23,295 bases of DNA from Promethearchaeota archaeon Loki_b31 (GCA_005222975.1 NJBI01000052.1:1-23295); one strand, 5' to 3'; shown: positions 10,073-19,983, numbered from the stretch's first letter. Notes: a model not told the origin generated them from the sequence alone. Translations and numbers: made by a program.

Positions 10073-10076
10073 AAGA

Positions 10077-12434
10077 ATGACAAAAAATAAATTATCAGAA
10101 TTAATAATTGAGAAATATGGAATTGAAATATATAAGAAATCAGTTGAGTTCCAGAAAAATAAAATTAATATAATTTCACTGAAAGAAGATCCAATAAAGA
10201 TAAGATCAATCATTTTAGATAATGACCGGGAATTCCACCTAGTTATTAACGAGAAAAAAAATGAAATATTTCACGATTGTCCTACTTTTTTAATACACAG
10301 CGAAAGAGATGATAAGATATGTATTCATCTAATAAGACTTTTAACGATAATAAAACCGTCGATTTCTTTAAAAATTATCAACAATATTAACGATTTTTAT
10401 TTAACTTCTGAAGACTTTGGTTCCAAAAAGAAGAGTAAAAACTATTTGGAATTAGCTAATGCTTGTTTTGAACGTAAAAATTGTGTTGAGGGGCTAAATT
10501 ATTTAAACAAAGCGATTATTAATCAACACGAGTGCGAAGCGATTATTGAAAGGTATTTGAAAACAGCAATTGAAAATAATTTGTATATTGAATTTTTTGA
10601 ATTTCTGCAATCTGCCTATGATAACGAATTAGGGCCCTATCTTCTCAAATACAATCACTACATAGAAAAAGGAATTAAATTATTTCTAAATTCGGTCTTA
10701 AAATATACATTTTTTGACATACTTAGAATTATAGAATCGTTTGATAAATTATTAGATGTTTATAGATTTCAAAACGAATCTTTTGTTTCGTCTATACTTA
10801 AGAAATTGGAAAAAATGGCTAATTCAAACGATTTTAATGAAATATACTTTTCAACTTTTTTTATAAAAAAAAATTACGACACTCTTGTTAACCTTAATCC
10901 GCTATTCAAAGATTTAATACCTTTGAAGGCTTTTGAATCGTTTAAAAGCGAAATTGTAAAGTATTTTAAAAGCGAAATAGAGAATTTCTGCGTAATAGAT
11001 AAACTAAAGCTAATGAAAAGGCATTTTGAAGTTTTTCAGATTCAAAAAGACGCGTACTATGACGAATATAAGGCTTATAAAAGCGAAATAAAAGAATTAG
11101 AAAAAAAAGTATATCTAAAGAAATTTGCCTTTCTCAATCTACTTAAGGACAAATATAAAATCAAAAAATCTAAAGTTGACTTTAGAAAAAAGAGAAACAC
11201 CTATATCGTTAATCACGATAAAGAGAATCTCAAAAACCCCGCTTACAATTACGTTATAAGACACATCGGTTTTTATGGAATAAACGAATCTACCATTAAA
11301 TCTTCGGAAATTGGGGTTAACTATTTAATAATTAAAGAATTGTTTTTAGACGATTTGAACAACTTCCCAGATATTTTTTATTATAAAAAACAATTCTGGG
11401 GAGAAGAAAATAATTATGAAATTAATTCTATAGATGTTTTTTCGTTAATAAGTAAACCTATAGAATACAATTACGACATTGATCAAGATTATTCTAATAT
11501 TAACGACCTTATGATAATAGAATGGGATTTAGCTAGTAAGCCAAGACAAGGTAGTTTAGTAAATGCATATGGTGCTCAAATTGTTATCCCAGATCAAAAC
11601 AACTCTCTTTTTCACGACTTGAAACCGTTCGATTTAGTTTACTGTCAAAAAACACCAGTAAAAATTGAAGGAAATATCGTTAAAAGAATCAATATAATCG
11701 CAAAATGTTCGTTTAAAGACGCAATTAATAGTATTTCGAAGGGAATGGTATTTATTGAAGGATATTACCCTTTATCTCTTATCAAATCAGTTCTCGATAA
11801 AAAGATTAGCCCTTTTAAAGCTTATGAAATTATATCAAATAACCCAAATAGACTGTTTGTCCCAAACTATCGTCAATTTGTAAAAGCTTTTAGAAAATTT
11901 TTATTCGATTTTATAAATAAAGAAAGAGAATATATTTACCAAGAATTAAAATCTAATTCTGAAGAGAAAACGGATCAAATTTTAGTATTATTAAATTTAA
12001 CGACTGAATTAGCTGGATTAGATTTACCATTTCCTGAAATAATTCAGGAGCTATTAAGCGAAGTAAGTAATTTGGATGAATTTAGAACGAAACTGCTCAA
12101 TAAAATTCATTCAGTCGTAAAAAATGTACTCGTAGTAAGAGAGCTTGGAAGTACAAAGATTTTCGATCTAAAAAAAATGCGACATACACAATTTGTCAAA
12201 TATTCTAGCGAAATCTTAAAAATAAGAAAAGAAGAATTTGAAAAATCTAAAATACTTAAATCTTCTGAAAAATTCGCCTTATATAACATATCCGAGTTGT
12301 TTAAAACCTATTACGGTAACCAGTTTTCGAATATATTGAATTTAGGCGTAAAACTAGAGATAGATCAAGATATTTTTAATAAGATAATGTTTTATGCCTC
12401 TAAATTAAAACTAAATTTAAATATAATCCCATAA
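10077..12434 (+). CDS. Hypothetical protein with N-terminal SWIM-like zinc finger and helical-repeat region
   Basis: 785-aa ORF 4 bp after the vWA gene. FHDCPTF...KICIH resembles SWIM CxC...CxH with His as the first ligand; a TPR-like segment follows (NYLELANACFERKNCVEGLNYLNKAI). Confidence 0.7.
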   Translation: MTKNKLSELIIEKYGIEIYKKSVEFQKNKINIISLKEDPIKIRSIILDNDREFHLVINEKKNEIFHDCPTFLIHSERDDKICIHLIRLLTIIKPSISLKIINNINDFYLTSEDFGSKKKSKNYLELANACFERKNCVEGLNYLNKAIINQHECEAIIERYLKTAIENNLYIEFFEFLQSAYDNELGPYLLKYNHYIEKGIKLFLNSVLKYTFFDILRIIESFDKLLDVYRFQNESFVSSILKKLEKMANSNDFNEIYFSTFFIKKNYDTLVNLNPLFKDLIPLKAFESFKSEIVKYFKSEIENFCVIDKLKLMKRHFEVFQIQKDAYYDEYKAYKSEIKELEKKVYLKKFAFLNLLKDKYKIKKSKVDFRKKRNTYIVNHDKENLKNPAYNYVIRHIGFYGINESTIKSSEIGVNYLIIKELFLDDLNNFPDIFYYKKQFWGEENNYEINSIDVFSLISKPIEYNYDIDQDYSNINDLMIIEWDLASKPRQGSLVNAYGAQIVIPDQNNSLFHDLKPFDLVYCQKTPVKIEGNIVKRINIIAKCSFKDAINSISKGMVFIEGYYPLSLIKSVLDKKISPFKAYEIISNNPNRLFVPNYRQFVKAFRKFLFDFINKEREYIYQELKSNSEEKTDQILVLLNLTTELAGLDLPFPEIIQELLSEVSNLDEFRTKLLNKIHSVVKNVLVVRELGSTKIFDLKKMRHTQFVKYSSEILKIRKEEFEKSKILKSSEKFALYNISELFKTYYGNQFSNILNLGVKLEIDQDIFNKIMFYASKLKLNLNIIP

Positions 12435-12634
12435 TTAGATGTTTATTATAAGAACATCACCTATTTTCTATTCTTTTTTAAAATGTTATTACAGCCGTTA
12501 GTTAAAGCTTTCCAACTTAACGACTTAGATCAAAAATTTATCTTCCAATTTACAAAAAGAGTTAAAGGATTGCAATATTTTTAAATTGAAAATATAACTT
12601 TATTAAGTATATAAATTAAAATAATCGTTGAAAA

Positions 12635-13918
12635 ATGGTAAAAGACAGATTACAGCACCCATCCAAGGACATTACAGAAAGCAAGGGAACGATCTTAAGA
12701 GGAAAAACTATATGTATGTGTTTAACTGGCTCGGTTGCGGTTATTAACGCTCCAATTATTGCTAGAGAATTAATGCGTTTAGGAGCGGATGTAGTTTCCG
12801 TAATGTCAAAAGCAGCTACAGAGTTAATAAAACCAACTTTAATGCATTGGGCTACAGGAAACCCTGTAATTACTCATTTAACTGGATCAGTTGAACATGT
12901 TTTTCTAGCAGGTGATAGACCTAATGCCGCCGGAAAAGCTGATTTAATTTTGGTTTGTCCAGCAACAGCAAATTCTATTTCTAAGGTCGCTAACGGTATC
13001 GACGATACCCCGGTAACAACAATGGTTTCAACCGCTTTTGGTTCATCTATCCCTATAATCGTAGTTCCTGCTATGCATGAAAGCATGTATCACCCTATAA
13101 TTGAAAAAAATATCTCAGTTTTGAAAAAGTATGGTATTGACGTATTAGGGCCTCGAATATCTGAAGGAAAGGCTAAGATTGCAAAAGTGGAAGATATAAT
13201 AGATAGAGTTATTGATTTATTGATTACGGAAAAGGATCTTGAAGGAAAGAGGATATTAATCACCGCTGGACCCAGTCGCGAGGCAATAGATAATGTTCGG
13301 TATCTATCAAATAAGTCCTCAGGTCGAATGGGTATCGAAATAGCAAAAGAAGCCTCTGCTAGAGGTGCGGATGTATTATTAGTTGCTGGTGAATGTACAG
13401 TGAAGATTCCAGAGTACATCAAAACCAATCATGTGGAATCGGCAGACGATTTTATTAAAGTCATAAAGGATGAAATTTCAAATAATAATTACGACTTCTT
13501 TATTTCAGCAGCTGCAATTAGCGACTATAAGCCAGTGGACCTCATTGAAGGAAAAATCTCGTCAGACAACATAAAGGAATTAAATGTAAATATGAAATTA
13601 ACGCCTAAGATATTAGATATAGCAAGAAGGAAAGATTACAAACTTTTTATTATCGCATTTAAAGCGGAGACAAATGTTTCTCGAACTGAGCTAATTGATC
13701 GCGCTTATGATAGACTTTTAAAATCTGAGTCAGATTTAATAGTTGCAAATGATGTGGGTCGAGACGATATAGGGTTCAATAGTAAAGATAATGAGGTATA
13801 CATAATAAATAAAGAAAAACACATAACTCATATTGAAAAGCATACTAAAAGATATGTAGCCTCTAAAATAATTGATGTAGCCTTAGAAAATTACCGAATC
13901 AGAGAAATTTCAAAATAA
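12635..13918 (+). CDS. coaBC: Bifunctional phosphopantothenoylcysteine decarboxylase/synthase
   Basis: LTGSVAV, VEHV, PATANSISKVANGIDD, PAMHESM (CoaC half); ITAGPSREAIDNVRYLSNKSSGRMG, AAAISDY, FKAET, IVANDV (CoaB half). Confidence 0.95.
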   Translation: MVKDRLQHPSKDITESKGTILRGKTICMCLTGSVAVINAPIIARELMRLGADVVSVMSKAATELIKPTLMHWATGNPVITHLTGSVEHVFLAGDRPNAAGKADLILVCPATANSISKVANGIDDTPVTTMVSTAFGSSIPIIVVPAMHESMYHPIIEKNISVLKKYGIDVLGPRISEGKAKIAKVEDIIDRVIDLLITEKDLEGKRILITAGPSREAIDNVRYLSNKSSGRMGIEIAKEASARGADVLLVAGECTVKIPEYIKTNHVESADDFIKVIKDEISNNNYDFFISAAAISDYKPVDLIEGKISSDNIKELNVNMKLTPKILDIARRKDYKLFIIAFKAETNVSRTELIDRAYDRLLKSESDLIVANDVGRDDIGFNSKDNEVYIINKEKHITHIEKHTKRYVASKIIDVALENYRIREISK

Positions 13919-14065
13919 ACTTACTCCTTCTTTTTAAATTTTTTCACCTAAAGAAAAGATTTAAATACTAATTCAATTTCTGTTCAAAATGATTGACCGA
14001 ATACATTGAGAAAAATTGATTGAATAGTAAAGGATTAGGATATTCGTTTAATATTAGTTAATGTA

Positions 14066-14094
14066 TTTATAAATCTACATATAAATATGTAGAT
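14066..14094 (+). promoter_or_regulatory. Putative TATA box with adjacent perfect inverted repeat (candidate operator) upstream of top6B
   Basis: TTTATAAA at 14066-14073, overlapping ATCTACATAT-AA-ATATGTAGAT (14073-14094), which ends 25 bp before the top6B start. Confidence 0.5.
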
Positions 14095-14119
14095 ATTTAA
14101 AATAAAAATAAGAAAAGAT

Positions 14120-17100
14120 GTGATTCAAATTTCCTCTGAGGATGAAGGTAGAATAAAGCAAGGCACAATTGCAGGGTTTATGAGGAAGAGAGGACAACTT
14201 GTAGGCTTCTCAATGGGATATTATAAACATATGCAATACATTTCAGAATTTTTAGACAACAGTTTAGATGCTATTGAAGATTTCCAATGGAATGAAATAA
14301 AAGATAAAGATTCAAAAATCCAATTCTCTCTTGATCAAGAATTATCTTTAGAAAATTTATCAATCCTTCAAGAAGCAAAAAAAGATGAGGTGGAACGGCC
14401 ATTAAATAACGAAGCTAAATATGCATTGATGCAAGAAGTTGGTATAGTTCCTACAATATCTTCTGATGCTGAAGTTTTTGTAGATGCTGATAGAGATAAA
14501 GAAGAAGAATCTGGAGAAATTATCGACAAATCGGAATTAGAGGTTGAGGAAGAAGTAAAAAGGATTGTTGATGACATGAATGAAATCATCAAACCTGTAG
14601 AGCCAATCATTGATATTGAACCAATTGTAATAATCCGACTCCGCGAATCTGAAGCCGCTGCCTTTTTAACTTCTGAATTATCGCAAAAAAATATCATGAG
14701 TTATACTTTTGAAATGTTTGATAATGGTATTGGAATGACCAGAAGAGATCTAGGTAAGTTTGGAAAATATCTAGCTTCTTCAAAAAGTGTAGAATTAAAG
14801 CAAACTCGTGGAAGCCAAGGATTTGGCGCTCCAAGTGCGTTTAGTGACGCCCAAAACACGACTGGCAAACCAGTTGTTGCAGTTTCAAAGTCTAAAGATA
14901 CTATTTATGCTACTGTGTCAGAATTTTTTACAACTTCAAAAAATGAAAAACGATATTTAGTGCGCCCAACGGAGGTTGACAGCCCATTCTTACACGGGAC
15001 ATATATTAAGTTGAATTACTTAAACGTGAAATATGTTAGAGGTTATGTGGATACATATATTAGAGAAACTGCTTTAATGAATCCGCATGTAACTATTATT
15101 TTTATTGATCCTTATGGTGAAGAATGGATTTATAGAAGAGTAGTTTCAAATTTTCCTAAACAGCCAAAATATGCAAAACCACACCCTTTATCTACTAATA
15201 TTGGTGATTTACAAGATCTTTTAATAAAATCAGAAAATCTCACGGTTTCAGCTTTTTTACAAGATAGTTTTGTAAGAATTAGTTCCAAATTAGCTAAAGA
15301 AATTCTGAAGATCGCAGAAAGGAATTTACAAGATATTTTATCTTTATTAATTCTTAATAATGGATTTGTAAACAAATTAGAGAAAAATACTGATACTATT
15401 AATTTCCTTAAATTTGAAAAGAGAATATTTGGGCGCTCTACGAAACCAAGAGATAAATTAATCATTTATCAAGTTGATTCTGAAGAGTTGAAGGCTAAAT
15501 ATTGGGAACTTATGAAAATATATAACCAATATGAAAAAGATTTAGAAAAAATATATAGAGAAATAAAAAAACATAAACGTCGTATTGATAAATCTGAAAC
15601 GAAAAAAGATATGAAAAAAATCGAAAAAGAGATTAGTAACTTATTAAAACAAATAGAGAACAATTCACAAAATAAAGAAAAAATAAAAAATGGTTTAAAT
15701 ACTATTTTCAATACTTCTATAGGGTTAGTAGAAGTTAAAAAATTAAAAAATAGAAGCGAATTTGAAGATTTAGTAAAAGAAGTTCAAATTTCAAAAGTTA
15801 AACCCTCTGAGTTAACTAATGTGCAATTCAATTCTCTATTTCATGCATTCAAATCAGTCAAATATATGGCTCCCCCAACAGACACAGCAATCCCTGTAGG
15901 TGATGTTGTATTAGAAAATACATTAATAAAAGAAATTGGGTTAAGAATATCTGCTAATATTGATGATATTGATGATCCCATAGATGACATAAAAGATTCA
16001 ATTGAGGTATTGCGGGATGAAATAATAAAAGAGCGCGCTAAAAATTATTCCTCCGGAAAGGACGAATCTTTAGAAAAAATTGTTGTAAATTCCGAAGAGG
16101 TTAAGATTTTTAACTCAAAGATATTAGCTAGTATTGATATTAAAGATCGCTCTGTCGAACCGGAAAAATTTAGACAAACAATCCAAAAAAATTTGATATC
16201 GTCTGAAGAAGTGCAAAAAGATTCATATCAAGAAATATTTGAATATTTTATTGAAAGTTACACTAAGGACGACGATTTTATTTCTGCAGAAACAAGAGCT
16301 CCAACAAGTGGTAAGGGCTTAGCATATGCTGTTGAAGCTGTTTTAGCCTATTGTAATGATCCTAAAAAACTTGATACACCTAAGCGTTCTAGAGATGTTC
16401 TATCAAGATTTATTAATAGAACGCCAAAATTAAGAGATTCTGCGGATTGTGCAATTACGAAAGCCGTTCAATCAGTTAATTGGAAGAATTATAAATTAGA
16501 AACATATGATAATAATTTACCTAAAGGCCCAATAAAGTTATTAATAAATATTTCTGGCCCATACGTTCATTTGATGTTTAAGAGCCAGAGTAAAAATGCT
16601 TTGGCTGACGACGAAGAACTTCTAAAAGAAATTAAATATTGTCTCGAAGCTATTGGAAGACGGTTGAGAATATATCTTAATAGAAAAGCGAATATTCGAA
16701 AAGTCGAAAAAAGAGCTGGTTTAATTGAAAGATACATTCCAATATTCGTCCAAAGCCTCATTAACATCGCTAAGCAGGGTGATGGAAAATATAAAGATAA
16801 AATTTCAGGAACGGAATTAGAAACGTTAATGAAAGATGCTATAGGTGTTAAAAAAATACCTAGCATTTCTAAAGAGATAGAGCCAATAATTAAAAAGATA
16901 GAAATTGAAAAAGAAAAACAGAAGAAAACTGTCATTGAATGGGAGAAAAAACTTGATAAGAAAGAATATATCCCCAAGAAGGCAGAACCAAGAAAAGAAT
17001 TTCTTTCAGAAAGAACTCTTAGGAACTGGACCGTTAATGAACTCAAAGAATATTGCATAGAAAATGATATCTTAATAGCCAAATCTTCAACGGTGCGAAA

Positions 17101-17536
17101 ATCAGAAATTATTAAAACAATACAAGAATTTTATACAAAAGAAAAGCCAGAAGTAATAACGCCTTCAGTAAAGGAAAGAAAAGAACCTATAAAACTCAAA
17201 CCAGTCATTACAAGCGTCGTAACAGAAAAAAGAAAACAATTGCGGTTAGTCGGGGGTGAAGAGACGACTCAACCTGTTGCTATAAAGAAACCCATAGTTC
17301 GTGCTCCAGCGCCTAAACCTGAACCTACTCAAATCGAATTGCCGATAATTACAACAGAGAAAATACTGGACGCTCTATCTGATGAATGGCAACCGATTAC
17401 TTCTTTAATTTTTAAAATGAAAATAAAAGAAATGATGGATGCGCGCTTCTTACAAATAAAATTAAAGGAGTTAGAGCGCAAAAATAGTATTGTTGTCTCT
17501 ACTATAAAAAATAAAAAAAATTGGAAGTTAAAATGA
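14120..17536 (+). CDS. top6B: DNA topoisomerase VI subunit B, expanded by insertions and a C-terminal extension
   Basis: GHKL motifs EFLDNSLDA, DNGIGM, QTRGSQGFG, HGT; ALMNPH, KPHP, H2TH-like FLQDSFVRIS; transducer RFINRTP, VNWKNYKL, FKSQSKNA; GTG start; directly upstream of top6A. Confidence 0.92.
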   Translation: MIQISSEDEGRIKQGTIAGFMRKRGQLVGFSMGYYKHMQYISEFLDNSLDAIEDFQWNEIKDKDSKIQFSLDQELSLENLSILQEAKKDEVERPLNNEAKYALMQEVGIVPTISSDAEVFVDADRDKEEESGEIIDKSELEVEEEVKRIVDDMNEIIKPVEPIIDIEPIVIIRLRESEAAAFLTSELSQKNIMSYTFEMFDNGIGMTRRDLGKFGKYLASSKSVELKQTRGSQGFGAPSAFSDAQNTTGKPVVAVSKSKDTIYATVSEFFTTSKNEKRYLVRPTEVDSPFLHGTYIKLNYLNVKYVRGYVDTYIRETALMNPHVTIIFIDPYGEEWIYRRVVSNFPKQPKYAKPHPLSTNIGDLQDLLIKSENLTVSAFLQDSFVRISSKLAKEILKIAERNLQDILSLLILNNGFVNKLEKNTDTINFLKFEKRIFGRSTKPRDKLIIYQVDSEELKAKYWELMKIYNQYEKDLEKIYREIKKHKRRIDKSETKKDMKKIEKEISNLLKQIENNSQNKEKIKNGLNTIFNTSIGLVEVKKLKNRSEFEDLVKEVQISKVKPSELTNVQFNSLFHAFKSVKYMAPPTDTAIPVGDVVLENTLIKEIGLRISANIDDIDDPIDDIKDSIEVLRDEIIKERAKNYSSGKDESLEKIVVNSEEVKIFNSKILASIDIKDRSVEPEKFRQTIQKNLISSEEVQKDSYQEIFEYFIESYTKDDDFISAETRAPTSGKGLAYAVEAVLAYCNDPKKLDTPKRSRDVLSRFINRTPKLRDSADCAITKAVQSVNWKNYKLETYDNNLPKGPIKLLINISGPYVHLMFKSQSKNALADDEELLKEIKYCLEAIGRRLRIYLNRKANIRKVEKRAGLIERYIPIFVQSLINIAKQGDGKYKDKISGTELETLMKDAIGVKKIPSISKEIEPIIKKIEIEKEKQKKTVIEWEKKLDKKEYIPKKAEPRKEFLSERTLRNWTVNELKEYCIENDILIAKSSTVRKSEIIKTIQEFYTKEKPEVITPSVKERKEPIKLKPVITSVVTEKRKQLRLVGGEETTQPVAIKKPIVRAPAPKPEPTQIELPIITTEKILDALSDEWQPITSLIFKMKIKEMMDARFLQIKLKELERKNSIVVSTIKNKKNWKLK

Positions 17537-17546
17537 AGTGATTTAA

Positions 17547-18740
17547 GTGTCAAGTAAGACAAAACAGGAAAAATGGGATATAAGGGCAACAAAAAAACTA
17601 TTTCAAGAATCTTTAAAAAAGGGCCTTGAAGATGAAAAAAAACAAATCAAGTTACCTGAACATACAGTTAAAATTGATGAATTGGATAGGGAGTTAACCT
17701 TAGATCGGATAATTATTTTAACAGATTCCCTTATTGAAATGATATATGAAACAGGAAGACCCGCCATTCGCTTACCTTCAAGAACGAGTGCAAATATTAT
17801 TTGGGACGAAAAAAATGATTTATTGCTGTTAGGACGACAAATAATGGAAAAACAATTTCATTCGCTTGCTAGCGTTGCTGATATTACTAGATTAATGAAA
17901 GTGCTTGAAAAAATTAACGAATTACTACTTAAAGACCTTCACGCTACAAAAAGAGAAATTTTTTATTCAGCAGTTCAATTGTTTGGGGATCAAAAAAATA
18001 GTGATAAATGTATTGAAGATGTCGCTACAATGCTCTATACAACGAGAAATTCAACACATATAGTTGCTTCAGCCAAAGGGTCATGTATAGGACGCCTTCG
18101 AATTAGGGATAAAAATGATATTATAGATTTAGAAGGATTAGGGAGCGGTGGTTGGATGATTAGTCCCATGCTTGATAATATTGAAATAATTGAATCCGAT
18201 GCGGAATTTATTTTGGTTTTAGAAAAAGATGCCGCTATGATAAGATTAGCAGAGGCTAGATTTTGGAGAAAATACCCGTGTATCATTTTGACAGCGAAGG
18301 GCGCTGCTGACATCGCTACACGAATGTTCTTAAGGAGAATTAGTAAGGAACTCAAATTACCCGTCTTTTCGTTAGTTGACAGTGATCCGTATGGGCATTA
18401 TATTCATTCGGTTTATTTACGAGGGTCTAAACGATTAAGTTACGAGTCGCCTTTTTTAGCCACTCCTGATATAAAACTCCTAGGTGTACTCACCAGAGAT
18501 TTGGAAAAATATAAAATTCCAAATGATTGTAGAATTCCAATGAATCAAACAGATATCAAAAGGACTAAAGAGTTGTTAAATGAAGGTTTTGTTAAAAAAA
18601 ATAAAGAGTGGGAAACAGATCTCAAATTAGCTCTGAAATTAAAGGTAAAAGCCGAAATTCAAGCACTTTCAGCGTTTGGATTTGAATTCTTGACCGATCA
18701 ATACATACCTGAAAAATTATCTACTGGAGATTGGATATAA
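17547..18740 (+). CDS. top6A: DNA topoisomerase VI subunit A (Spo11 homolog)
   Basis: ATKREIFY (catalytic Tyr), TOPRIM LVLEKDAA, TAKGAADIATR, DSDPYG, KAEIQAL; GTG start. Confidence 0.96.
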   Translation: MSSKTKQEKWDIRATKKLFQESLKKGLEDEKKQIKLPEHTVKIDELDRELTLDRIIILTDSLIEMIYETGRPAIRLPSRTSANIIWDEKNDLLLLGRQIMEKQFHSLASVADITRLMKVLEKINELLLKDLHATKREIFYSAVQLFGDQKNSDKCIEDVATMLYTTRNSTHIVASAKGSCIGRLRIRDKNDIIDLEGLGSGGWMISPMLDNIEIIESDAEFILVLEKDAAMIRLAEARFWRKYPCIILTAKGAADIATRMFLRRISKELKLPVFSLVDSDPYGHYIHSVYLRGSKRLSYESPFLATPDIKLLGVLTRDLEKYKIPNDCRIPMNQTDIKRTKELLNEGFVKKNKEWETDLKLALKLKVKAEIQALSAFGFEFLTDQYIPEKLSTGDWI

Positions 18741-19258
18741 TGAAAATTTTTTACAAAAAAGATGGTGGGATAGTACAACTAATAGACAAAGAAAAAATAA
18801 AGGAGTGGCCAATAGAATTACCTCTTATTTTTATTGAGTACATACGTAATAATCAATTAAAGACTTACGAAGGTTCAAAATTAAAGAAAGAAATTGAGCA
18901 ATATCTTGAAGAAGTTCTTAAAGATGTTGCTATTCCAGGGCTAATTAAAGTTCTTGATGGTGATAATTTTGAAGAAACAAATAAAGCACTCGTTAGAATT
19001 GATGAATTAGCTAAAAAGAAAATTGATTTGGTTAAACCAATAAAGCCATACGTAGAGAAACTGGTAAAAAAGGATAATAAGGAAATAAGAAAACTTAGTA
19101 ACTCAATTTTAGAAAGTTTTGCAAAGGCAGAAAGAAGAAAGAGATTAGCTGAGAAAAGAAAAATTATGCAAGAAAGAGAAAAAGAATTCTTAGCTGGAAA
19201 TATCAGTGGAGAAGAGTATGCTAACGCTCGAAAAGAGTATTTGATTTTAAAAGAGTAG
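18740..19258 (+). CDS. Hypothetical helical protein (HEAT-like middle, SHOCT-like C-terminus)
   Basis: ATG at 18740 overlaps the top6A stop (TAATG). VAIPGLIKVLD...IKPYVEKLVKKDNKEIRKLS is HEAT-like; FLAGNISGEEYANARKEY is SHOCT-like. Confidence 0.75.
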   Translation: MKIFYKKDGGIVQLIDKEKIKEWPIELPLIFIEYIRNNQLKTYEGSKLKKEIEQYLEEVLKDVAIPGLIKVLDGDNFEETNKALVRIDELAKKKIDLVKPIKPYVEKLVKKDNKEIRKLSNSILESFAKAERRKRLAEKRKIMQEREKEFLAGNISGEEYANARKEYLILKE

Positions 19259-19269
19259 TATGATTTTTT

Positions 19270-19944
19270 ATGAGTTGGGAATCAGAAAAAAAGATTTTTT
19301 ACGATTTTATCATACAAAACAATGTAATAGGATTTTTTAACGAGCCAATAACTTTAAAGTCTGGAAGAAAATCATACTGGTACATAAATTGGAGAAATAT
19401 AGCTGAAGATGTGTTTCTATTTGATATATTAACCGATTTTCTTATTTCATATGTTAAGCATCTAAAGCTTAAACCAGACTGTTTTTATGGCGTTCCAGAA
19501 GGCGCTACAAAGCTAGGAGTAATAACTCAATATAAATGGGCGATTAGTGATAATAATCTAACACCAGGCAAGTTTATTCTATCCATGGGAAGAGCAAAAC
19601 CAAAAGAACACGGGGACCCTAAAGATAAGTTCTTTTTAGGAAATCCTAAAGGGAGAGTGATAATCGTGGAAGATACTACAACTACTGGAGGATCTTTACT
19701 TAAAACAATTGACAATTTGCTTGATTTTAATGTAAATATAATAGCCGCTATCGGATTAACAAACAGAAATGAATTAAGAGACGATGGAAGAACTGTTGAA
19801 GAAGCTATCAAGCAAAAAAATATTCAATATTTTGCAATGAGCGATGCTTTAGATTTATTGCCAAATCTAAACCCAAATGAAACCATAAAAAGTCATATTA
19901 AAAATTATTTTAAGAAATACGGTTCAAAAGAAATCAAATTTTAG
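19270..19944 (+). CDS. pyrE: Orotate phosphoribosyltransferase
   Basis: ITLKSGRKSYWYINWR, RAKPKEHG, PRPP-binding motif VIIVEDTTTTGGS. Confidence 0.9.
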   Translation: MSWESEKKIFYDFIIQNNVIGFFNEPITLKSGRKSYWYINWRNIAEDVFLFDILTDFLISYVKHLKLKPDCFYGVPEGATKLGVITQYKWAISDNNLTPGKFILSMGRAKPKEHGDPKDKFFLGNPKGRVIIVEDTTTTGGSLLKTIDNLLDFNVNIIAAIGLTNRNELRDDGRTVEEAIKQKNIQYFAMSDALDLLPNLNPNETIKSHIKNYFKKYGSKEIKF

Positions 19945-19983
19945 CGCAAAATTCAAGCGAGTATAAGTTAATTATTATACGAT

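Noticed and set aside
13139-13180. CoaC lacks the LACG catalytic Cys clamp (has GPRISEGKAK)
   Set aside because: A shortened clamp without this Cys is a known feature of many archaeal CoaBC proteins, so it is not novel.
14285-16265. Inteins as the explanation for Top6B length
   Set aside because: No Cys/Ser-start and His-Asn-end splice motifs or LAGLIDADG blocks; the inserts are acidic or coiled-coil.
446-19811. Short antisense ORFs in the track (e.g. 446-634, 1757-1954, 2276-2596, 4672-4935, 6646-7152, 13090-13428, 14368-14697, 16567-17082, 18035-18355, 19527-19811)
   Set aside because: Shadows on the opposite strand of well-supported genes, with no recognisable motifs.
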